From the NCBI GenBank assembly GCA_963730185.1, contig CAVSQW010000014.1, positions 192,001-256,000 on the forward strand: a stretch of DNA of 64,000 nt. Reading direction: 5' to 3'. The number at the start of each line of letters is the position of its first letter. Position 1 is the stretch's first letter. Made by a program: the position numbers and the translations under genes. Below are positions 1-8,411 of this stretch, in pieces. Origin of the DNA: an uncultured Gemmatimonadales bacterium (GTDB lineage Bacteria; Gemmatimonadota; Gemmatimonadetes; Gemmatimonadales; GWC2-71-9). Below the pieces are notes generated by a model. The model was given only the letters and a program-made list of their open reading frames with translations, was not told the DNA's origin and ran no database searches.

Positions 1-811
1 CCTGGCCTTCGGTCCCACCACCTCCCTGGGCGCCTCGCTCCGCTGGGTGGCGACCTACGACACCAGCTACGTGATCCAGGCCCAGTACGCCGACGCCGGG
101 ACGATCGAGGGCGAGGCGCACGTGAGCTCGTCGGAGCAGCGGGGGCCCTGGCTGGTGAGCGGGCACCTTTCGCTGGGCGGCGGGGTGGAGTACCGGAACC
201 AGGGGGCTGGGGTCGACACCCGCGATCGTTACGATGCCCAGCCCTACTTCCGGGGCTACCTCGAGGCCACCGCCAAGCGGAATCTGGATGCCCGGTCTAC
301 CCTCGGCCTCCGGGTGTTCGGCGGCTGGGTGAGCGCCAAGCGCGACCCGGCGCCGCAGCGCTGGTTCTCAGCCGCAGGCGCCGACCCATACGAGCAGCTC
401 CGGAATCCGTTCATCCGCTCGCGCGACGCGCTCTTCACCAACGACCTCCACTTCCACGCTCCCGGCGGCGGCGACGTGCGGGGCCTGGATCCCTCCTTGC
501 TGGTGACCGCGATCGCCGCGGCCAACGCCGAAGTGGACCGGTCGATCCTCCAGCGGCCGGGCGCGAAGATCGCGCGGGACGTCCGGGTGGCCCTGTTCGG
601 CGACGTGGCGATGACGGATGGGTTCTTCACCCTCTCGGGCCAGAACAACTGGGTGGGCGACGCGGGGGTGGGACTCCGGCTCGCGCACCGGATCGGACAG
701 ACGTCGTTCGTGACCAGCGTGGATTTCCCGGTCTTCGTGAGTCACCCGGATCGGGCGGTGGGAGGGAATGGGGGGCGGTTCCGGTTCAGGTGGACGTTTG
801 GGGTGGAGTAG
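1..811 (+). CDS. C-terminal part of an outer-membrane beta-barrel-like protein (5' end outside window)
   Basis: Frame of ORF 47..811 is open back to base 2. Alternating hydrophobic beta-strand pattern and Omp85/BamA-like terminal segments (VALFGD, DAGVGLRL, VDFPVFVS, FRWTF). Confidence 0.6.
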   Translation, partial: LAFGPTTSLGASLRWVATYDTSYVIQAQYADAGTIEGEAHVSSSEQRGPWLVSGHLSLGGGVEYRNQGAGVDTRDRYDAQPYFRGYLEATAKRNLDARSTLGLRVFGGWVSAKRDPAPQRWFSAAGADPYEQLRNPFIRSRDALFTNDLHFHAPGGGDVRGLDPSLLVTAIAAANAEVDRSILQRPGAKIARDVRVALFGDVAMTDGFFTLSGQNNWVGDAGVGLRLAHRIGQTSFVTSVDFPVFVSHPDRAVGGNGGRFRFRWTFGVE

Positions 812-955
812 GAGGGACGGGGTGGGATGGGGTGGGATGGGGTGGGGCGGGGAGAGTGGGGGGCCCCCCCATCCCTCCCCATCTCTCCCCATCCCTCCCC
901 GTCTCCCCCCATCTCTCCCCATCCCTCCCCGTCTCCCCCCATCTCCCTCCGTCTC
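812..955. repeat. 10-nt-period G-rich tract followed by complementary C-rich tract between convergent genes
   Basis: (gggatggggt)-like units at 812-863, then atccctcccc/atctctcccc/gtctcccccc units. 881-910 is an exact copy of 911-940. Confidence 0.9.
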
Positions 956-967
956 CTCGTCGACGCC

Positions 968-1930
968 CTACCGGCGGCCGGGGGCCGCCGGCAGGGCGTC
1001 GACGAACTCCGCCATCCTCTTCCGTGTCGCCTGGTCCGGCACCCGCCCGATCCCGCCGCCGATGTCGTCGATCATGTGCTCGGCGTTGCTGGTTGCCGGG
1101 GTGACCGCCGTGACGGCCGGGTGGCCCACCACGTACTTGATGAAGAACTGAGCCCAGGTGTGGGCGTCGAAGTCGTGGCCCCAGGCCGGGACGTCCTTGC
1201 CCGACACCCGCTGCCAGAGACGGGTCCGGCCGAAGGGGAGATAGACCAGCACGCCGATCTTCCGCTCGATCGCGAGCGGCAGGATCGTGGTCTCCACGTC
1301 GCGATTGTCCACCGCATAGTCGATCCCGATGAAATCGAGCGGCTCGTTGCGCATCACCTGCTCCAGCTCGCCGTACTGGCGGTTGCTGGTGGTGGTGACG
1401 CCGAGGTAGCGGATCCGGCCCTGCTTCTTGAGATCCTTGAGGATGCCCAGCTGGGTGGGAACGTCGGCCAGGTTATGGACCTGGATCAGATCGATCGTGT
1501 CGACCTGGAACTTCTTGAACGAATCGTCGATCTGGGCCCGCGCGGCGGCGGGATCGGCGGTCCCGCCGCCCCGGCCGGCGACGTTCACCTTGGTGGCCCA
1601 GAAGATCTTGCTCGTGACGCCGAGCTCGTGGGCCAGGTCGCCGGCGACCTGCTCGGAGGCGCCGTAGCTCGGAGCGGTGTCGAACACCTTGGCGCCCCGG
1701 TCCACCATCGCCCTGACGACCTCCCGGAGTGCGTCCAGCTCTTCCCGCCGGGCCATCTGCGAGAAGGTGGCTGCGCTGCCCAGCCCGACGACCGGCACCT
1801 TCTCGCCGGATGAGGGGATGGCTCGCTGGATGAGCTGACCTTGGCGGAGGGCCCGAAGCAGGCGCGGGTCGAGGGCCAGGGCGCCCGTGGCGCCGAGGGT
1901 GATTCCGATCCACTCGCGTCGGCTGAACAT
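968..1930 (-). CDS. Aldo/keto reductase with twin-arginine-like N-terminus
   Basis: GLG, FDTAPSYG, ATK, DLIQVHN AKR motifs; N-terminal SRREWI plus hydrophobic stretch. Confidence 0.9.
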   Translation of the reverse strand: MFSRREWIGITLGATGALALDPRLLRALRQGQLIQRAIPSSGEKVPVVGLGSAATFSQMARREELDALREVVRAMVDRGAKVFDTAPSYGASEQVAGDLAHELGVTSKIFWATKVNVAGRGGGTADPAAARAQIDDSFKKFQVDTIDLIQVHNLADVPTQLGILKDLKKQGRIRYLGVTTTSNRQYGELEQVMRNEPLDFIGIDYAVDNRDVETTILPLAIERKIGVLVYLPFGRTRLWQRVSGKDVPAWGHDFDAHTWAQFFIKYVVGHPAVTAVTPATSNAEHMIDDIGGGIGRVPDQATRKRMAEFVDALPAAPGRR

Positions 1931-2053
1931 GGGTCGTCTCCCGGGTGGTGGTTGTCTCCCTGGTACGAAGCTAGGGCCCGGGGCGTTGAGTCGCGAGCCG
2001 TCTCGACCCGGCTATCTTTGGCAAGCGATCCTATCTCACAAACGGAGCGGGTC

Positions 2054-4216
2054 ATGCGTCTTTCCCGGTTCATGCTGGTGCCGGCCTCGTTGTGGCTGGC
2101 CGCGTCTCCCGTCGCGGCCCAGGGCCGGGCCTTCACCCCTCAGGACTGGTACCGAATGACGACCCTGTCCGCCCCGGCGGTCTCGCCGGACGGCAAATGG
2201 GTGGCGTTCACGGTGATGACGGTGCGGGAGAAAGAGAACAAACGGCACGATGAGGTCTGGATGGTGTCGACCCAAGGAGGCGACCCGATCCGGATGACGA
2301 GCCCGAGCCTGGAGAGCTCGAGCCCCCGGTGGTCACCGGATGGGCGGCTGCTGCTCTTCTCCTCGAGCCGGCCCGAGAGCAAGGCCCGCACCTGGGGCCT
2401 CCGGATGGACGTGCCCGCGGGCGAAGCCTTCGAGGTCGATAGTCTCCCCGACGGCGACTACACCGCCGACGGGCGGATGGTGGCCTATGCCGACACGGCG
2501 GCCGGTCCCAAGCGTGAGGGCGAGAAGCCGGGTGACGCCTACGCCAAGATGCCCCCGATGGCTCGGCCGCCCTTCGGCGCGATCACCCGGCCGATCGACC
2601 CGGCCCGCTTCGACGGCCGGCACCTGACCGAGATGCGCTACAAGGCCAACGGGCGGGGCTTCTTGCCCGGACCGCGCGAGGCGCACCGGTATCAGGCCCG
2701 CCAGATCTGGCTCCGGAAGGTGGACGGGTCCAAGCGCCAGCTGACCAATACCGAGTATTCACACAATGGGCCGTCGATCTCACCCGACGGCAAGTGGGTG
2801 CTGTTCTCGGCGGACCACGAGCTCCGGCCCGACTCCGTGGTGGAGGCCGAGCGGGACTCGCTGGCCCAGTTGCCTTACGACGCCAAGCGGGACGAGGCAC
2901 CTCGGAACGACACCTACCTCTACGTGGTGTCGGCCGACGGCGGCGCGCCCCGGAAGCTGGCGCCGATCAGCGGGTTCGGCCGCGGGGCGAGCTGGTCGCC
3001 CGATGGGAAGCGGGTCGCCTGGGTGGCGTCGGCGAACCGCACCGAGCCGGTCCGGATCTGGACCGTTCCGGTCGAGGGTGGCCAGCCGGTCAACCTGCTG
3101 GGCGACTGGACCTACGAGCCTCGCTGGTTCGAGTGGCGGCCCGACGGGACGATCCTCTTCCAGGCGGCGGTCGGCGGGCGCGACGCGATCTTCGCGCTCG
3201 ATCCGGCCACGAAGAAGGTGAACGACGTGGTGAGCGGCCGGCGGCGGCTGGCCGGCGTCGACGTGGATCCGGCGGCCAAGGTGCTGGCCTACGTCTCGAC
3301 CACCGTCACCCAGCCGACCGAGCTCTTCCTGGCGGGCGTCGACGGCACCGGCGAGCACATGGTGACCCGGTTCAACGACAAGGTCAACCAAGAGATCTCC
3401 TGGCCGGACGCGGAGCGGTTCACTTACCAGAGCGTCGGCGGGTTTGAGATCGAGGGCTGGCTGATGAAGCCCTACGGCTACGAGCCGGGGAAGAAGTACC
3501 CCTTGGTGTTCTACATCCACGGCGGTCCGCACAGCGCCTACGGCGAAGGCTGGTTCGACGAGTTCGCGAGCATCGCCGGGGCCGGGATGTGGGTGCTCTA
3601 CACCAATCCCCGGGGCTCGAGCGGTTATGGCGCCAAGTACACCTACTCGACCCGGGGGCGCTGGGGCCTGGAGGACTATCAGGACCTGATGATGGCGGTG
3701 GACATCGCCGCCAAGCGACCCGACGTCGACTCCACCAAGATGGGCGTGACCGGCGGCTCGTACGGCGGGTTCATGACGGCGTGGGTGACCACCCGGACCA
3801 CCCGGTTCAAGGCGGCCGAGACCGACCGGATGATCAGCAACTGGTGGTCGTGGTATGGGGCGTCCGACGCGCAGGGGCTGACCGAATTCGAGTTCTACGG
3901 CAAGCCCTGGGAGAATCCCAAGCTCTACGACCAGTACTCACCGATCCGCTACGTCGACAAGGTCGCGACGCCGACCCTGATGGTGCAATCGGAGGAGGAC
4001 TTCCGGACCCCGATGCCGGAGGCGGAGCAGTGGTACATGGCGCTCCAGAAGCGGGGGATCCCGGTGGAGCTGGTGCGCTATCCCCGGTCCAACCACGACC
4101 TGAGCCGGACCGGCGAGCCCTGGCTTCTGGTGGACCGGCTGGGCCGCCTCCGGCAGTGGTTCGGCTATTGGCTCAAGGGGGAGGGTGTGGGCGCGGGGAA
4201 GATGGCGGGACAGTAG
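2054..4216 (+). CDS. S9 family (acylaminoacyl/dipeptidyl) peptidase with PD40 propeller and signal peptide
   Basis: ATG 2054 after GGAG; SPDG repeats; HGGP, GGSYGG nucleophile, D and H triad residues. Confidence 0.93.
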   Translation: MRLSRFMLVPASLWLAASPVAAQGRAFTPQDWYRMTTLSAPAVSPDGKWVAFTVMTVREKENKRHDEVWMVSTQGGDPIRMTSPSLESSSPRWSPDGRLLLFSSSRPESKARTWGLRMDVPAGEAFEVDSLPDGDYTADGRMVAYADTAAGPKREGEKPGDAYAKMPPMARPPFGAITRPIDPARFDGRHLTEMRYKANGRGFLPGPREAHRYQARQIWLRKVDGSKRQLTNTEYSHNGPSISPDGKWVLFSADHELRPDSVVEAERDSLAQLPYDAKRDEAPRNDTYLYVVSADGGAPRKLAPISGFGRGASWSPDGKRVAWVASANRTEPVRIWTVPVEGGQPVNLLGDWTYEPRWFEWRPDGTILFQAAVGGRDAIFALDPATKKVNDVVSGRRRLAGVDVDPAAKVLAYVSTTVTQPTELFLAGVDGTGEHMVTRFNDKVNQEISWPDAERFTYQSVGGFEIEGWLMKPYGYEPGKKYPLVFYIHGGPHSAYGEGWFDEFASIAGAGMWVLYTNPRGSSGYGAKYTYSTRGRWGLEDYQDLMMAVDIAAKRPDVDSTKMGVTGGSYGGFMTAWVTTRTTRFKAAETDRMISNWWSWYGASDAQGLTEFEFYGKPWENPKLYDQYSPIRYVDKVATPTLMVQSEEDFRTPMPEAEQWYMALQKRGIPVELVRYPRSNHDLSRTGEPWLLVDRLGRLRQWFGYWLKGEGVGAGKMAGQ

Positions 4217-4298
4217 GAGGGGGACGGGAGGGGAGGGGTGGGATGGGGAGGGACGGAAGGCTGACCCTACCCATCCTGCCCCATCTTTTCCCACTCCT
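4217..4298. repeat. G-rich/C-rich imperfect inverted repeat between convergent genes
   Basis: gggacgggag gggaggggtg ggatggggag ggacgg followed by cccatcctgccccatc; same unit family as 812-955. Confidence 0.8.
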
Positions 4299-5594
4299 TC
4301 AGCCCAGCGCCTCCAGCACCCGCTCCACGTCGGCCAGGTCGTTGTACACCGAGGGCGAGAAGCGAACGTAGGTGTCGGCGGCGCGGGCGTCGATCCCGGC
4401 CCGTTGGAGCTTCCGGGCGACGGTTGCGCCGTCCTTCGTCGCGAAAGTGATCAAGGGCGACGCGGTGCCCGGCGGGGTGACGCACCGGAACCCCAACCTC
4501 GGCAGCTCGTTCCGGAGCCGGTTCAGGAGCGGTTGCCGGTGGGCCTCGATCCGGTCGGGGCCCAGCCCGCGGAGATAGGGGATCGAGGCGCCGAGGGCGG
4601 CTCGGGATGCTCCCGCCACGCTCCCGACCTCGAAACGGGCGCTGGCGCCGGATCCCCACTCCCAGGTGAAGGGCGTCGGACCGGGCTCGTCATAGGGCAG
4701 GAAGTGGGTCGCGTAGCTCGCGGCCGAGTGGTAGCCCGCCTGCGGCCGCCGGATCACCCGGTCGAGCAGCTCCTCGCGGACGTACAGGAATCCCAGTCCC
4801 AGGTCACCCATCAGCCACTTGAAGCCGGCGGCGGCGCAGAAGTCGACCCCGGTGGCTTTGACGTCGAACGGCATTGCGCCGACGCCCTGGATCACGTCGG
4901 CGTAGAGGTAGGCGCCGTGGGCGTGGGCCAGGTCGGAGATGCGCTTCAGGTCCGGCGCGAAGCCGTTGTACATCGCCACCGAGGAGACCTCGATCAGCCG
5001 AGTGTTCTGGTCGACCAGCCGTTCCAGGTCCTCGAAATGGATCGCGACGTCCTCTCTCGGCATCGCGATCCTGAGGTCGAGCCCGGCCTCGCGCTGGAGC
5101 CCCTGGAGGTGGACGATCGCGCCCTCGAAGTGGAGCGCGTCGGTGACGACGTTCCCGCCGGACGCCGGAATGCCGAGCCCCTCGACGACCAGCACCTCGC
5201 CGGTGCTGGTGTTGGGGATGAAGCTGATCTCGGAGGGCTTGGCATTGATGAGGGCGGCGTATTCCGCCTTGACCGTCGCGCTGAAGTTCGGGTCGGGGTT
5301 GGAGTCGGCGTGGAGCTCGGTTCGGGCGACGAGATAGTCGCGGACCGCGTCGCGCGCCACCAGCGGCATTGGGTGGGTGTAGGCCCCGTTCAGGTAGGTG
5401 ATGCCGGGCCGCATCGCGAAGTCGGCCTTGCGGGGGAACTCGAGCGGATCTGCGCTCGTCCGGCCCGGCCCCACCGCTGCGACCGAGGCCGGCCGCGCCT
5501 CCACCACCCCCGGCGCAAGCACCGAAGCCGCCGCGACCGCGCCGGCTCGGACCAGGAAGTCGCGCCGCGTCGAATCTCCCGGGCGCTCGGGCAT
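4299..5594 (-). CDS. Class V PLP-dependent aminotransferase family protein with TAT signal
   Basis: TRRDFL signal; YLNGA, NTSTG, DVIQG, GFKWLMG (PLP lysine), VRFSPSVYN. Start follows GAGGAG. Confidence 0.9.
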   Translation of the reverse strand: MPERPGDSTRRDFLVRAGAVAAASVLAPGVVEARPASVAAVGPGRTSADPLEFPRKADFAMRPGITYLNGAYTHPMPLVARDAVRDYLVARTELHADSNPDPNFSATVKAEYAALINAKPSEISFIPNTSTGEVLVVEGLGIPASGGNVVTDALHFEGAIVHLQGLQREAGLDLRIAMPREDVAIHFEDLERLVDQNTRLIEVSSVAMYNGFAPDLKRISDLAHAHGAYLYADVIQGVGAMPFDVKATGVDFCAAAGFKWLMGDLGLGFLYVREELLDRVIRRPQAGYHSAASYATHFLPYDEPGPTPFTWEWGSGASARFEVGSVAGASRAALGASIPYLRGLGPDRIEAHRQPLLNRLRNELPRLGFRCVTPPGTASPLITFATKDGATVARKLQRAGIDARAADTYVRFSPSVYNDLADVERVLEALG

Positions 5595-5681
5595 GGCTCC
5601 TCCTCGGGACGTTTGGTCACGGCCGTGGTCCGGCATCGGAAGGTGACGAGTCGCTTGGGCACGGTCAACGCCCGCCCGCGC

Positions 5682-5756
5682 CCCCTACTCCCCTACTCCC
5701 CAGTCCCCACCCCCTCCCTACTCCCGACTCACCAGTCACTAGTCACTAGTCTCAAG
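5682..5756 (-). repeat. 7/8-nt tandem repeat immediately downstream of the DUF5916 gene stop
   Basis: Minus strand reads actagtg actagtg actggtg agtcggg agtaggg ... ggggagt aggggagt. Confidence 0.8.
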
Positions 5757-8399
5757 TCACCAACTGACGTAGTAGTTCGCCTTCACGAGAAACACGTTCT
5801 GCATGTCGTCGCCGAAGATTCCGCCCAGGTCGTGGAGGGGCCGGAACGACGGATCGGCGATGGCGTTCTGCCGGCCTTGGTTCCAGACCAGGAAGAGGGT
5901 CGACCCGGGGCGGTACTCCCAGCGGAGCACCACGTTGCTCCGGATCGAGCGGAGCCGGAAGTCCGGGTTGGGGTAGAGGAATCTGGGAGACGGCCCCGCG
6001 CCGTCGGCGTCGAGAACCGTGGTGCCGGTCTGGTCGACGCCGATCGTGGAGCCGCCGGCGCCATAGGTCGCGAACCCGTAGCCTCGGGGCGTGGTGAACG
6101 CCTTGGGGACGCCGAACGCGGCGGTCGCCACGAACGGCTGGGCGTACACCTGGAGCGACAGGCTTGGCGTGAAGTAGAGATCGAGCCGGGTCACGACGCT
6201 CAGCACGTTCTGGTCGAGCCCGGCAAACAGGTATCGCGCGCCATAGGTGGCGGTTGCCGTTGGGTCGGCGTAGGCGCCGAGGTAGAAGGCGTCGAAGCGG
6301 CTATGCTGATAGGTGGGGGTCAGCGAGACCCGGGTCCCGTGCGGCGTCTGGATCGTGAGGCTCAGGGCCGCGGCCTCGGCGGTGCTGCCGGCGCCGTCCC
6401 GGACATAGGTCGCGTGGAATCCGCTGGCCACCATCTTCCGCGGGTCGGTCTGGTACACGCCGGAGACGGTGAACTTTCCGGGCAGGCGGAAAAGCGGGCC
6501 GCCCCGGGTGGTCCGGTCGTCGAGCCCCCGGAACCGATAGACTCCGCTGAGGTAGATCGTGGCGAGCCCCTGGGTCTGGATCTGAGCGTTCACGCCGCCA
6601 CTGGGAGCCAGCCGGACACCGCCGAAGTTCAGGTCCTGCGTCACGCTCACGTCGACCGCGGCCGAGCGGGCCAGGCGGCCTGGACTGAGCCAGTGACGGC
6701 CGCCCTTGGCGTTGAAGTGGATCCGGTCGGCGTCGGTCTGGAAGCCGGCGTCGTTGATCTCGAACCCGGGGGTGGTAAACCCGCTGGTAACCCCGTACAC
6801 CCAGCTGCCGCCTTCCTTGGCGACGGTGAGCTCGCCGTCCGCCCCCCGGAGCGAGGTGGCGGTGGGATCGTAGCTCACGTACGACTGGTCGGGCCGCTGG
6901 TAGTAGCGGGCTGAGGCCAGCTGGGCGGCCTGGATCGCTTCGGGCTCACCGGCGATGGACGAGGCGCCGACGTGACCTGACAGCTGCCAGGTGTTGCGGC
7001 GCCAGCGGTGGAAGAAGTCGACGCCGCCGAACTGGGCCGACCGCCGGATCGAGGCGAAGTGCTGCGGGTCGATCTCGCGGTTGACCGTGGTCGCCATGAT
7101 CCCGAACCCGCTCGTGCCGGCGCCCAGGTCGCGCTTGATCCGGACCACGCCGTAGTTGCTGAGCGGCTCAACCGGGATGGACTGGATTCCGGCGCCGGTC
7201 GCCTCGGCGATCCGGCCGGTCTCCCGTCCGGTGACGGCGTCGAGCACGCCGATCGACCACCCCGAGCCGGTGTGGCCGGCCAGTTTGACCGCACCCAGAA
7301 TCGAGCTCGAGGCGGGCTCGTCGACGAAGGGCGCGGCGCCGAGGAGCGAGATGCCGGGCGGCCGGCCGATCCGGCGGGAGTAGAAGTAGGTATTGGTGCC
7401 CCCGCCGAAGAGGAACAGGTTGGAGCCTTCGACGAAGAACGGGCGCTGCTCGCTGAAGAAGGTCTCGTAGGCCGTCAGGTTGACGACCGACGGGTCGGCC
7501 TCGACCTGGCCGAAGTCGGGATTGATGGTGGCGTTGAGCGTGAGGTCGCTGCTCAGGCCGTACTTCACGTCGATCCCGCCGGTCACCGACCCTTTGCTGC
7601 CGTCGTCGAACGGATTCGCCGCCGGGACGCCCTGGGTCAGCTGGGCCTGACTGGAGACGTAGGGGAGGAATTCCAGCCGCCGGGGCGCCGGGATGTCGTG
7701 GAGGCCGAGCAGGTGGCCGTACTTCGAGACCTGACCCGGCTCGGACCGGGGCGACCACTGCCAGTCGACGGCCTCGCCGGCGCGGATGTTGTCCCGCCGG
7801 AACTGAATCCCCCAGACCTGGACCGGTTGCTGGGAGAAACGGAGCTGCGAGAAGGGAATCCGGATCTCGGCCACCCAGCCCAGCGAGTCGATGCTGGTGT
7901 GGGCCTCCCAGACCGGGTCCCACCCGGTGTCGAACTCGCCGGTGCCGTCGCCGGTCGCGATGGCGTCGCGCCGCTCGCCCGCCGGGGTGACACCGAAGAC
8001 GAACTGGGTCCGGTGATCGTGGTACGAGTCGATCAGGACGAAGAAGGCGTCGTTGAAGGTGCTGAACGAGTCGCGCCGGTTAAGGCGGCGGGAGACCAGC
8101 TCCGGGTGGGTGTCGAAGAGCCGGGCCCCGACGTAGAGCGCCTCGTGGTCGTAGAGGACCCGGATCTCGACGTCGTCGGTCGCGGGCTTTCCGTCGCTCG
8201 GGACGTCGCGCCGGAAACCGTGCTGTGCTTCGGCCTGGGCCCAGGCCGCGTCGTCCAGCCGGCCGTCAACCTTGGGTGGGGTCGCGGTGGCCGCGGCCGT
8301 GATCGATCGCGGGACCCGGCCGTTCCGATGCCGCAGGTCCATCGCCACGATCGAGTCAGGCGCGGCGGGGACCTGCAGGGCCAGCAGGATGGCGAGCAT
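5757..8399 (-). CDS. DUF5916 / CBM9-like domain outer-membrane protein, paralog 2
   Basis: DGRLDD.AW, YD..ALYVGA, DSYHD, W.AE.RIPFSQLRF, NPDFGQVEAD, E.RPFF.EG, WEY.PGSTLFLVW. Confidence 0.88.
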   Translation of the reverse strand: MLAILLALQVPAAPDSIVAMDLRHRNGRVPRSITAAATATPPKVDGRLDDAAWAQAEAQHGFRRDVPSDGKPATDDVEIRVLYDHEALYVGARLFDTHPELVSRRLNRRDSFSTFNDAFFVLIDSYHDHRTQFVFGVTPAGERRDAIATGDGTGEFDTGWDPVWEAHTSIDSLGWVAEIRIPFSQLRFSQQPVQVWGIQFRRDNIRAGEAVDWQWSPRSEPGQVSKYGHLLGLHDIPAPRRLEFLPYVSSQAQLTQGVPAANPFDDGSKGSVTGGIDVKYGLSSDLTLNATINPDFGQVEADPSVVNLTAYETFFSEQRPFFVEGSNLFLFGGGTNTYFYSRRIGRPPGISLLGAAPFVDEPASSSILGAVKLAGHTGSGWSIGVLDAVTGRETGRIAEATGAGIQSIPVEPLSNYGVVRIKRDLGAGTSGFGIMATTVNREIDPQHFASIRRSAQFGGVDFFHRWRRNTWQLSGHVGASSIAGEPEAIQAAQLASARYYQRPDQSYVSYDPTATSLRGADGELTVAKEGGSWVYGVTSGFTTPGFEINDAGFQTDADRIHFNAKGGRHWLSPGRLARSAAVDVSVTQDLNFGGVRLAPSGGVNAQIQTQGLATIYLSGVYRFRGLDDRTTRGGPLFRLPGKFTVSGVYQTDPRKMVASGFHATYVRDGAGSTAEAAALSLTIQTPHGTRVSLTPTYQHSRFDAFYLGAYADPTATATYGARYLFAGLDQNVLSVVTRLDLYFTPSLSLQVYAQPFVATAAFGVPKAFTTPRGYGFATYGAGGSTIGVDQTGTTVLDADGAGPSPRFLYPNPDFRLRSIRSNVVLRWEYRPGSTLFLVWNQGRQNAIADPSFRPLHDLGGIFGDDMQNVFLVKANYYVSW

Positions 8400-8411
8400 T
8401 GGGATCGGCGG

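Noticed and set aside
812..955. Possible CRISPR array, or coding ORFs across the repeat
   Set aside because: No unique spacers and no cas genes; the ORFs are low-complexity translations of the repeat.
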